In this document: positions 24,501-36,500 of the stretch, in pieces
How positions within the stretch are numbered: the first letter of the stretch is position 1
Layout of the letters: every line of letters starts with the position of its first letter
Source of the DNA: Ascidiella aspersa
Taxonomy: Eukaryota
NCBI GenBank assembly: GCA_963924565.1
Contig: OZ004609.1
Location: 29,946,001-30,010,000 of the forward strand
Direction of reading: 5' to 3'
Length of the DNA: 64,000 nt
Notes under the pieces: generated by a model
Seen by the model: only the letters and a program-made list of their open reading frames with translations
Database searches by the model: none
Told to the model about the DNA's origin: nothing
Made by a program: the position numbers and the translations under genes

Positions 24501-27500
24501 ATATCTGTTCTAGCATCAAACAAGCGAAAAAACACCCAAAAAAAAGAAAGTGGGTATATCATCTATAGATAGACAAACTGTTGAAAAATAACCGCACAAT
24601 TCCTGCCTCGTTTTTCGTTTTACAAAGGGCCCTGTGATATTTTGCCCTAAGATTAAAAAAAAAAACAGTTTTAAAATGTCACCAAAAGAAGGTTAGGATA
24701 AGGGAACTGTTTGGCCGCGCATTTTATTGTATCGGAGTGTTGTTACAAGCTAACCCGTTCAGAGGCGCCGCAAACCTAGCGATTTCGGGTCTAATGAGCC
24801 TTTGCGGTCAAGTTTATTGGACACGTTGCTTTGCGATGAATAGCAAGCAAACGAACAGGCCAAGTGACGCGAAACCGTGGGCTTTCTGTTGTTTATTGCG
24901 ACGCTGAAATCCGACGGTCGTTGGAAATCGAAGGTTTAAAACAAGAAATCGTGCGCGACGTTCAAGGCCAGGGGTTGCAGATTTTTTCATGAAATGCCGT
25001 ATAACAGATAGAATTTACGATCGCAGGCCCGATATAAAACTTTTTGTCGAACTTAATTACCTTAATTAACGTTACGAAGGAAATAGAAAAATAACTATGC
25101 AACAAAACTGTAGCTTTCATAAATTGTCGTTTAAATTTAACGTTCAAATTAAAATTTTAGTTTTGAATTGCATTCGACAACATTTTCAATTCACCGACCG
25201 GGCCGTAGTTTGGTGACCCCTGTTCAAGGCCATAACCGTTACTTTAGGCTTTTTTTGACTAGTTAACGTTGTCGTTGTGCGCGCGGCAAGTAGAAGACGA
25301 GCGTTTCACTTCGACAAAAGTCTCTTGTTCTTACGCGCGACCTGATTTAATGTTGGAGGACTGTATCGGTCACAAAGCAACCCTCACGACATTGAGACCT
25401 TCTTATCCTCCGGGGTGCCCAATATTAACTTTTAATATTCCAACTTTTTAGGGGTAAACTCCTAGATGATCATAATCCCATAGATAAATGGCACCAAAGC
25501 TGCTGTCCATGGATGACTAAATCTATCCCATTGCCGTTTGGATAACTACCTAAATAAATTCTCAAGGCATCAGGTTCACAGTCGTGAATGAAGCAGTTGT
25601 TGTAAGGTTTCTCGCCTTTGACGTTTAAACCAGTGGTTCCTAAACCTGGGGTCCGCTGAACAACTGGGGACAGCAGTTTCAGAGGGTCCGCAAGGCGAAT
25701 TAGTCTTAAGTTTTTTAACATTATGCTTTAGCGAATGTTTTTAAACACCAGTCTGTGTTTTAAACATTACCGTCATCATTATTGTCTTTTGTTGTGCTTT
25801 ATTATTCGACCATATAGCGTGTTTTATGATGTCTCTAGTGAGATTATAAAGCATCTATTATGCTGTACTACTTGCTATCAGCGAATCGTTCGCATTAGTT
25901 AGAAAGTTGTTACATTAGAAAGAATCGTGACTGCACTAGTGTACTACAAGAAACATGGGTCAACTGAGCCTTAAATTTTTATAGAGCCGCGATATATCAA
26001 AATAACTGCAACGGGTCCAACCAGGCAAATTTTTTTAGAAAAGTTTCGAAAACGCCGCGTTAAACGTTTGTCTTGAATCACAATAGTTTTTCTCCTTCGT
26101 TTTTCCACAAAATTGCTTTTGATTTTAGGCAAAAAAAAAGTTGTTAATATACAAACTCATTAGAAAAAATCAAGTTTTTATTATTAGCAGAATGTTGGAC
26201 CGGCTAGCATAAAAGTTTTATTATTTTCTTAATTGTAAGTCATAGATGTAAAAAAGAAAATAATCTCTCCTAAAGAGGATAAGAAAATCTTTCCTAAATA
26301 TTCCAACCTGAGAATTCAACCAAGTAAAAATATTTTTTCCTTAGCTAAATAAAAAAGAACATAAACAAGGGCTCTCCTGCGCACCTGGTGGCATTTCGTG
26401 GTCGAGTCCTGCAGTAACTTGCTGTAGTTGGAGATGATCGACTTCACCGTCCCTATCCTGGCCGCTTCGTGGCGCTCGAGGACGATTGATGACGTCACCA
26501 TTTCTTCGAACCAGCGCTGGCGGGTGAGGTTGTAGGCTTCGACCGCGTGGGTTAGGTCTTCGGCTGTTGGAATCGAAGTTTATATTTAGTGTTTTGGCTT
26601 TACCAAAAAATGTGGGCTAAAATTGAATGGGATAAAATTAACTTGCAAACCGCAAACTGCTTCTGTAATAAGCAGAGCTGCGCGTGGATTAGGTATTTGG
26701 CTGTTGGAATCGAACATTTAGTGTGTTGGATTCATTAAAAAAATTTATGCTAAAATTTAATGAGGAATTAAACGTGGATAAAATTTCTTTGCAAACCGCA
26801 CAATACTTTGTAGATTAGGTCTTAGGCTGTGGGAATCGGAGTTAGTACCTATAGTGTGTTGGCTTTAATGAAAACGCATTCTTTTCCGAATGTAACGCAA
26901 TATTTACAGTGTTAAGAGAGATAAAGACAAGCAAGATTCAAACGGTGGTCTCAAACTTATTGCCCATAAACCAGAAGACTGTTATCCTTCCCCGAGGCTT
27001 CACGAGTCAGCATAATATCGCAAAAAAATTAATCATCTTTTAAAGTTTTTAGGCCGTTGACTAAAATACGCTGTTTTTAAAGCTGCCTTGAACATAAATT
27101 TACCCAAAAAATACAGTCCGACGTGTGATGTCTCTCTGAAAAAGATTAATGTAAAAAAGAAAAGCTTTTTTCCAAAAAGTATTTCGCTTTAAAACCATAA
27201 TAACAAACTTGAGAAAAGATTACAACAAGATGTCTAATACATTGCATGTGCAGTTTGCATGTTTGTAGTAAATCCTTAAAATTCTCGGTTGATCTCAAGG
27301 CCCACCATGTACTAGCAAACCTTACCTGTGATATATGCTGGTAAAAATGCAGGCTAATAAACGAAATGCAACAGCATTGTCACTTTGCCAATTGAACCTC
27401 AAAACAAATGCACCTTCCCACGCAACGACATTTAAGCGAAAGCGATTTAACCAATTAGGGCGAGTCCTTTTCGAGCAAATCACGAGCGAGCGCACTTCAG

Positions 27501-30500
27501 GTTCAAATATAGGGCGCCACAATTCGGTCTGAACACGCTGCAAGTGAAACGCGTTGAACTCCGGTAACCCCTGAGGTGTGACGTAGGCGCCAGTAACGGC
27601 GACGATTGGTCGAAAAGTTTTCGCCCAAATTGCTGGCGGCGTCGTTGTTATTGTCGCTTACCTTGCTTCGTGAGTTTCCTCCGGGCTTTGTTAACTTCTT
27701 CTTTGGTCTGCAAAATGTACTTTGCGTTACGATTCACACTATAAGAATATGCACAATTAAAGGGTCAGAACGGTCATACAAATTACTTTATTTATATCCA
27801 GGTATATTTACTTTCCTAAATTTATACCTGGGGTCAATTGGAATTGAATGTGGCAACAAGTGAAGGTTGCTTCTAAATTACAATTAGAAAGCATCAAAAC
27901 ACTAATGTTTAGCAGCCAATAATTCAAATGACTTAGGTCAGAACCGTGATGAAAAATTTTTGTGTGACCGTCAATAGTGGATCAAGAAAATTAAAACGGA
28001 ACGACTAAGTAACAGATTAGAAAATTATATTAATAATACTAAAAAATTAGAAAATTATATTAAAATAACTAAAATAACAATCTTATAAAAAAAACGCTTA
28101 TAGTTACTTGAATTACATTACTGGAAAATTTATGTGGACAATTTACTAATCGACTAGCACTAAAAAATGTTTTTTTAACTACCAATATGTGACAGCAAGT
28201 CTGTGTTGTTATGACTGAAGTCAATCAATGACTTCAGTGCACTTAAGTTAGTGTTCAAATGAATTGAATTGACTTACGTCTTTTGGGAAAAATTATTTAA
28301 TGTGACTTAAGACTTTTCGACAAATGACTGGAATTGACGTAAGCGTTTAAAAATATGATTTGGGCTAAAATGAAGTGTTTTTATTAGGATTTTTTTATAA
28401 ATTAGGTTTCGTTTATCTCAAGTTTTTGCATGAAACAATTTGCTTGCTATTTTTTGCGGTTTTGTTATTTTCAGTTTAGTTATTATTGCTCATAATTCGA
28501 CAAATTTAATAATTTAGCATATAATTTTATGACAAGGACTTGACTTGTAATTTACTTGCTTTAAATTGACTTTGACTTGTTATTTATTCAAAAAGATTTG
28601 ATTTGGACAAGTTATTATACAAACGACTTGACCGGGTTATTCCCAAATGACTTGTTTACAACACTGCAAAAAAAATGGACAATATTTTGTAATAACGAGT
28701 TAATTCGACACTAGGATCCAATCACTCACGTATTTCTGCGATTCGTTCTTCAAATCGAGGTCCTTACTTCTTTCAATCAGCAACTGCTTGGCGCGTTCAG
28801 CAGCGGTGTATCTAGAAAAAGCAAGTAATATGATCAGATTTACAGTTGTTTAGGGAGTAGAATGTCTTTGGCAAAACCGAGGAAGTATGTGAACACTATA
28901 ACCCAGTGGTTCTCAAACGGGGTGCCGCGGCACGCTGAGGTGCCATTTCTAACGCCCAAGGGTGCCGATAGACATTTGAGAATCTATACTCTTACAACTT
29001 TTTGTGTAAGATTAGAGGGGAATACATCCAATTATAACTTCCTACGCTGTGGAGAGTAGATGTGTTTTGATGCAGTTCTGTTCATTTGGACATTCTGGTG
29101 ATTTACCTACGGAAACATTTTGTAGGGGTGCCGCAGTACATTTATTGTTTCTGAAAGGTGCCGAAAGCCATCAAAGGTTTAGTTAGAACCACTGATGTAA
29201 ATACTGAAATTTTGTTAAAGCATATAATGTCAATTGTGTATATACCACTTCTAAACGTTTCCTTTCATTGCAATGCTTTTATATCTCATATAGTATCAGA
29301 CTTCTTTCTTGCAAGTTAATGAATAAGTGGTAGTATGTGAGTAAACGATTTTAAAACGACAGAACTTTATTTTTACAAATGTCATTGCTATCAACCAGCA
29401 TCCCATTACAGTCACCGGGATATGTAATATTTATTTCACAGTACTTTACGGTTTCATAAATATTTTGCACTAGATAAATTTCGCACCTAGCGAGTTTAGC
29501 AAAGAACCAGGTTGCAAACTATTTCGCCGCGTAATAACTGGTTTTGTTCAATACGATTCGCCCCATGGGTATATTTCAAGGAAGCAAATACCTAAGCCTT
29601 AACCGACAACGCGCCAAGGCCGCAATTTTGTAAAAAGCTTTTAATTAGACAGCAGGCCTCTGCGAGTTGGGGGATGCCATTTTTAAATATTTTCTATTGA
29701 TATATTGTGGCAATTGGCAAGGTTGAAAAAAGAAAAAGGCTAAAATACATCTAAACTGGAGGTCGAGGTACGAAAATGAAATTTCGAGCTTAAATTGAAC
29801 GAGGGTTGAAAAGTATATCAATTTTTTGCAAACCGCAGAATGCTTCAGAAAAATGCAGAATGAACAAAACAATTTAATCACCTAAATAACAAAAAAGCCA
29901 AAATAGCGTTTATTTTTTCCAACAATCTTTGGCAGATTTATTTTGCTTCCTTTTAATACACCAAGAGGCTTTTAGCTGATTCGCTCCAGATCACCGTCTT
30001 GGATTTACAGGTCCCAATTCTCATGAGCAATCCGCAGGGAAAAGCAATCAAAACAGCTCCGCCGCGGCAGGTTCTCTTTGCATCGGTTATATACTTAGAG
30101 AAGGTCTCCTTTGTTTTCGTCCGACTTTCCGCAGTGCGAAGACCCATACGTCATAATCGTGCGTCGCGCGACGTCGTTAAATCGAGATTAAATTTTTCCG
30201 CCGGGCAGCGCAACGGTGTAAGACACGGGCTAACTTGAAACGGTGTCACCCGTCGATTAGTTACGTCACGAGCGGTGACGTCTTTCTGTTTATACCTTAA
30301 CGCGACTTTGACTAATCGGAATATATGACCAAGTTTTTGGCGAAAGGCGCCGCAAATGATGAAGTTCTTCAGTTTGGTAGAAAGAATTTACTATTTGAAT
30401 CCCGGTTGGGATTTGTCTCACTCAAAAGCTAAAATTTACGCGGCACAAAAAGTATTTTTATTTGTCGCTTTCAAAACCTTCCACTCTTTTAAGTTATATA

Positions 30501-33500
30501 TGATTAAATCACAATTTGCCAGCAGAACTTCAATCTACTGATATACAGAAAACTTTGCAAATTCCGTAACTCGCGCTTTGATAAAAATATGTTTTTGTTA
30601 GACACAAAGCAATATGCGCCTTGGGGCGAAATGAGCGAAGTGTGAGTTTCGAATGGATAAGTTTCAAAGTCGGTTTTCTGGCCCTTTTTAAATCGGATTA
30701 TTGACGACTGGCAATCGCAAAAGTAAACATTTGGCAAAATAAGACCTCGACTTGTTTATTGGCCCTGGTCGGTAAGAAGTCTATTAACCTTCTCAGTTTT
30801 TTATTCTGTGAAATGGTACTTTTCACTGTTGCTACCCGATGAGCTTTTAAGTTTAGGCGCCAATGTAACCAAAAGAAATGGGGAAAACCGCAACAACACC
30901 CTTTGAGAGATGTGGATAGTTTATTTGTGTCTGCATTGCAAACAAATTGACAAGTTGGCCCGCATATAGGCTTAAAAACGTCGGTGATAAAACCGTATTT
31001 TTACCAGCGAGGCACTTTTATAATGGTGCTAATAAGGTTAGCGTAGTGGCAACCAATCAATTTCTCTTTACGGGTTCTAATAAGGCACACCCGTCAACAA
31101 TACGATTCCAGGACGTGAGAATACGGGCTTAGGTATTATGCCAAGTCGAAGCCAGAAATAGCCGGCACACAATCAGGGCCACCGATTCACATAACCGCAG
31201 GTCATTGCTGCCAAGAATACACCAATTTGCCAGAAGTGCCAAGAGTTGACCAAACGGCTACCAGCCTTTTAATAATAGAGACAAACGGTCACGCGAAAGC
31301 ACGTACTTTCCTGTTCCTAAAGCGTGAATGAAGTATTAAGTATAGTGGACGTTTCGTTAAAGGTAATAAAACGTCGCGAAAAAAGACGCAGTCCGCTGAC
31401 GTGGCAAAACATATAGTGAAAGCTAGATGCGTTGCGTGGAGAAAGCGTGCGTTGCGTCATAACGAAGTCGCGAGGCTCTGGCGTCAGCAAATGTATTTAT
31501 ACTTCAGCTCTATATTTTCATGGCCTCCGCCTTCCTCGCAATAAAAGGCCGCAGGGCTTGCGAAATACGGAGTGCAATGTCGGTTAATTGGCGCACGAGG
31601 GTAGCCTAATTGCGCCACGGTAATTTTCAGACGAAAATTCGCAGCACACAAACGTTACTATTTAATTTGCTAGTCGCATTACTAATTTAGATGCGCCCTG
31701 TCGATGCGATGAGATGTAAAAAACGGGATTTTTTTCCACAGTATTTCAATCAAAACTTTGGGATCGCTGGTTAAACGGTTTCAACTTTCAATACATGAAT
31801 GTGAAACTATATTCAGGAAAAAACATCTCTTGTAAAGTTCATAAATGCTACTTGATAGAAACAAACATGTTTAAACAAATAAAGCAGGACTTTTTCAACA
31901 TAATTTAGAGTCGAAGCTACAGGATGGATGGGACTGTTGTGGCGCACAAATATTGAACTGTGAAAAAAAGCCACTGGCGTGATAAAGCAAACGTAATGAA
32001 AAAAATGAAACCAGGAAATTTTACCGACAGAATCGAAGACAACGATTAACGCTCTCGTTAACCTTTATGACAGACGACATGTTTCCATGCAGAAAGCACC
32101 TTTGGCTAAAACACCCATCACGCCCATCAAAAGAGGTCAAACATTATTCGCATATAAAATTTGCAACAATTGGGATTTGATGCTAATAAGCCGACATTTG
32201 TCTTTTGGGACGTGATGGTTCGCAGACTATACGAGCGACCAATGAGGTCAGCCAATCAGAGGGGCTTGCTAGTAAGCCTATAAAGTCTAAGAAGGTCAAT
32301 TTAGCCTTAAACAGCACAAACTGGTTTTGAACACAAAAAAAGTAATTGACAAAAAATAGGTACTAATCTGCGTACGCCATACACACGTTTTTTTAATTAT
32401 TTTTTAATTCTTCTGACGTTAAAAATGAATTATTTCGGCAAATTTTTAGTTCAAATGTATCTCAATTTTAAAATTAGGTTAAAATACTCACGATTTGCTT
32501 CTTAATTAGTGAATCAATTCAATTTTACGACTTAAATCAAATGTCACGCAAAACCTTAGCACCTATTTTTGGGATTAATAGTGGTCAGACACGTGAAACG
32601 GAGTTTCCGTCGCCACGGGCAACGGGCGCGTGCTGATGACTGTGACCAAACAAGTGGCCCTTATGACGCCATAATATGACCGACTGGGTAAAGGGGATTT
32701 CTCCTAACGGCGCACTTTTAAAACTGCAGTGTTAGGTCTATCGGCGCTGCGGGAGGTTTCAAAGATGCCGTGTTCTTATTATGTACGTCACAAGTATGTC
32801 ACAACATACTTCGTTCCACTGAAGACAAGTTAAGTGAATTGTAAACTTCGGGTTCACTTTAGATTCACTAAGCGCAATCAAAGCCTGTACTTTTTTAACG
32901 TTGACTTTAAATCAGCATGATCAATGCCTGTAAAATACGGAGCGCGGTATGTAAATTAAATGTGTTTAGCATAAAAGTTACTAAACTTTACATTTAGAGT
33001 GATGCTTTTTTTTTCAACAGTTCGAGCTCCAATAGAAAGTTAAAGCATTAGCGTAACTATAGCCCGACTTCCATTTCGCCGTAAGCTGCGCGATCAAAAT
33101 CCTTTACGGTTTTCCGAAATTTCACAGGTCACTGGATGTCAATGGGCCCGGTGAAACTGCGATTTAATCACGATAAGCTCTCTTTTTCCAAAGTGCGGGA
33201 CAGGATAAGTCATATTCGGCCAAAACAACATTCGAAAGAGGCTCAACAAACTGCGCTACATCAGGGGTCGGTAACCTTTTTAGCTAAAGGAGCCGTATAA
33301 GCCAAATATTCTTGGTCGTATTTTCATGAGAGACCTATAATACTTTTTTAGTTATAAGTTGGCAAAAAAATAGTAAAATGAGCAGGGCAATTTATTTTAT
33401 TCTCATTTAAAGGACAGAACATGCTATGCACCAAAAATGCAGTACTCAACTTTAGGCAACTTTAATTACGGAGTTACGTTGAAAAAATAGGGCCTTATAG

Positions 33501-36500
33501 ATATCAAGAGATTCTTTCAAACGGGATAACAGTCTCGAAAAATATAGGATTCGCGCTAAGCGCCGAAAATTTGCTATTATGTGTGTTAAAAAAGGAAAAA
33601 TAAAGTTGGAAAAACGGCCATGACCGCTTGCAGTTTTATTTAGATCAAGCTGAGAAATTATAGCTTAGATTTATCTGCAAGCAAGATTCTTTCATCAAAA
33701 AAGCCATATGGCGTCACAGAAGAGCCATAGGTTCCCGACCCCTGCGGTTTATTTTCATAAACCAGGCCGTCAAATCAGTCAAGTTTACTTCCTCGTGGAA
33801 ACGCAAGCGTGGCGAAAGTATGTTTTACCGCGGGATTGGCGAGTGTCGAAGTTATCTGTCAGCTGACATGGCGAGGTCATAAGACGATCGGAGGAAAGCG
33901 CGTACGCGGAAACGGAACGAGTCAAGTTGCTCTGTTGGATTCGCGAATTGTCGAGTTAAACCGAACGCGTTTTTACCCGGAATCAAATACGTCTTGTACG
34001 GCTCAAACCGTCGTCATTCCGAGAAGTTTAAAGTTAAATATGACAACTTAACAGTAAAAACTCGCGAAAGGGTGATTTGAGGACAGTGGGTATGCGAGCG
34101 AAGCTAGCACAAATTCAGACCAGTTCTGGGTTAAAACAACTTTTCCATTGGAAGAAAGTTCTGGATTGAACAACTTTTCCATTCGACAAAGTACAATTCA
34201 ATGAACGCGTCAATATCCTACACGCCGATGGTCTTAGCGGCCTACCAATTTGCCAAGGCCAGTTGAGGCGGCTGCTTTCAACATCTTGGGGTTTCGCCAG
34301 AATTTTTTCGAGGAAATCTAGCCACACTTACTTAACATGGACTTGCTTGCGAAATTCGGCCATGGAAGCGTCCTGCTTTTTCAGGTCCTTCTTGGCGTTC
34401 TCTTTTTCGTCGAGAAGGGGTTTTTGTATGTCGATGCGCAGCTGTGTACAAAGCAAGTGATACGGTTAGTTTGTGGGGAGAATTCGCAGAGGTGACTTTC
34501 ACAATGGAATCGTTAATTTTTAACAACAGTCTGGGACAGATAAGGAACTAAAGACGCGACGAGTTTATTTATTGCAACCTTAGCCCAACTGGGACTCTTT
34601 TTATTGCTTTAGAACAGTTTACAGTATATCATACCCACTGATGTGAAACTACATACACACAGAAAAGTTACTTTAACCAGAAGCTATTTATTCACTAATA
34701 CTACATTTAGCAAAGCGCAAAGATAGCGCCTCTATTGCAAAAACGAAACTAGTCACCTGTATGTAATAAAACAGATAACGATTTTATTAGGATATATCAA
34801 TCAAGGTAATAGAAAAAATAAACATGATAAATTAATATTTAACAAACCAGCTTGACGACCCCTACTCTATACCATCAATAAAAAAACGCACATTTTGTAA
34901 CAATACACCGTTTAGCCAGGGGGTTTAAACCGCAGGTTAATTCAGGTAAATTTACTCAATTTTATAGATTGAACCTACATGGCAGTAAATTGCCTCATAG
35001 ATTAGGGTCAATTTTTTTTCAAGCTTTACTAAAATTTAAGGTGCTTAGAGAAACTGGGTTAAGTACTGTTGTTAACTACGCATTGATATAACTGGAAAGT
35101 TTTCAATCCCTAACGATCGATAAGGAAAAAAACGTTAGGGTACACGGATAAACCAAAAAGATCAGATTTCCTGCCGACAGCGAGTCCTAGCCGGCTAACA
35201 CACCATAAACTGAACCAGCTAAACGTTCCGTTTACCGCCGAAGTATGTTCGAGCTGAACACAACTCCATTTCAGGAATTCACGTGCGTCGTTAACGACTG
35301 GCTGGGAACAATAGTTAAAAAAAAGAAATCGTTAAGGCACAGGCTGCGGTGCAAACGGAGCCGACGGAGCGTGACGAAAAAATCCTGCAGCCAGCGGATA
35401 GAAAACGCAGCGAAACGTATCGTTCCGTGCAACCGCAGCTGACAAGGCTAGGCCCGATTGACAAGGCTTTCTCGGTGGTAGTGGTTAGACTGCTGTTACT
35501 GATAACAGTGGCGTTCTGTAAGACCAAGACCGCTTTGTTTCCGCTGTTCTGTGTAATCTGAATAAGCCAGTGGGTCACTTTACATCACTATTTGCCTTTT
35601 TAGCCTGAAAGCAGGGTGGAAAGGGGTCCGGCTGATTTTGGCTTGATGTGACCCCTTTCACGCATGGAAAACGGTATACATTTTAGATCACAAAAATGGC
35701 GTTTTTACCGGATTGATATGCGACTCACTGGACAAAAGAACTTTGTTTCCGTGCACCATTTGTCACCACTTCTTATTCAGATGCGCCACACAAATATAAT
35801 TAGTTGTGTCACACTAACATTTGTTGCTATGTTTAGATCAAAATTAGTTTCAGAAAAAATCACTTCTAACAATAAATTGCTTAAACTCTACGTTTTTCTA
35901 GGAAAACGCCACATGTAATAGTGTAATGCGCTATAGATTTATCACCCAGACCCGAGGTAATGAAAAACGGCACAAGTCATGGCAGAAAAAATCAGTCTGG
36001 TGCGCTTAAAGTAAACTTGTCATGTGGTGGAAAACGATAGCATAGATCAAAAAGGTGGCAAAGTGCTTTTCGAAATTGCCATGTATACTAAATCAGAATT
36101 ACAAAACGATACAAGCTCATGGCTAATAGACATCCAGATACTTTTAAAGGTGGCCTTGTAACCTAGTTCGAAACAATACATAGCCATGATTGAAAAAATG
36201 AGCTGGTACTTCTCGAAGTAGCGATGTGAACTGGCCTAATAGGTTTGGCGCTGTCAGTCGCGGCTTATCATATTTACACATTACGCATCAGCCGTGGAGT
36301 TGTAAGACCTTATTGACAACCTGACACGCCACCACCGTGACAAGTGTGAAAAGCGCAATAGTGCGTATTATCATATCAACAGCTTCAACGGGTTTATGTA
36401 TGAGGTGCCATCTACAGCACTTATAGACGGTGATGGTGTTTTGTATTGATTACGCCCTTATGTTGGCGAGGCAGCGGTTTTTTTACTAGCTCGGGGCGCA

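Noticed and set aside
35617-35662. Hairpin GAAAGGGGTC...GACCCCTTTC as a pre-miRNA
   Set aside because: Only a 10-bp perfect stem and ~45 nt total; too short for a canonical pre-miRNA.
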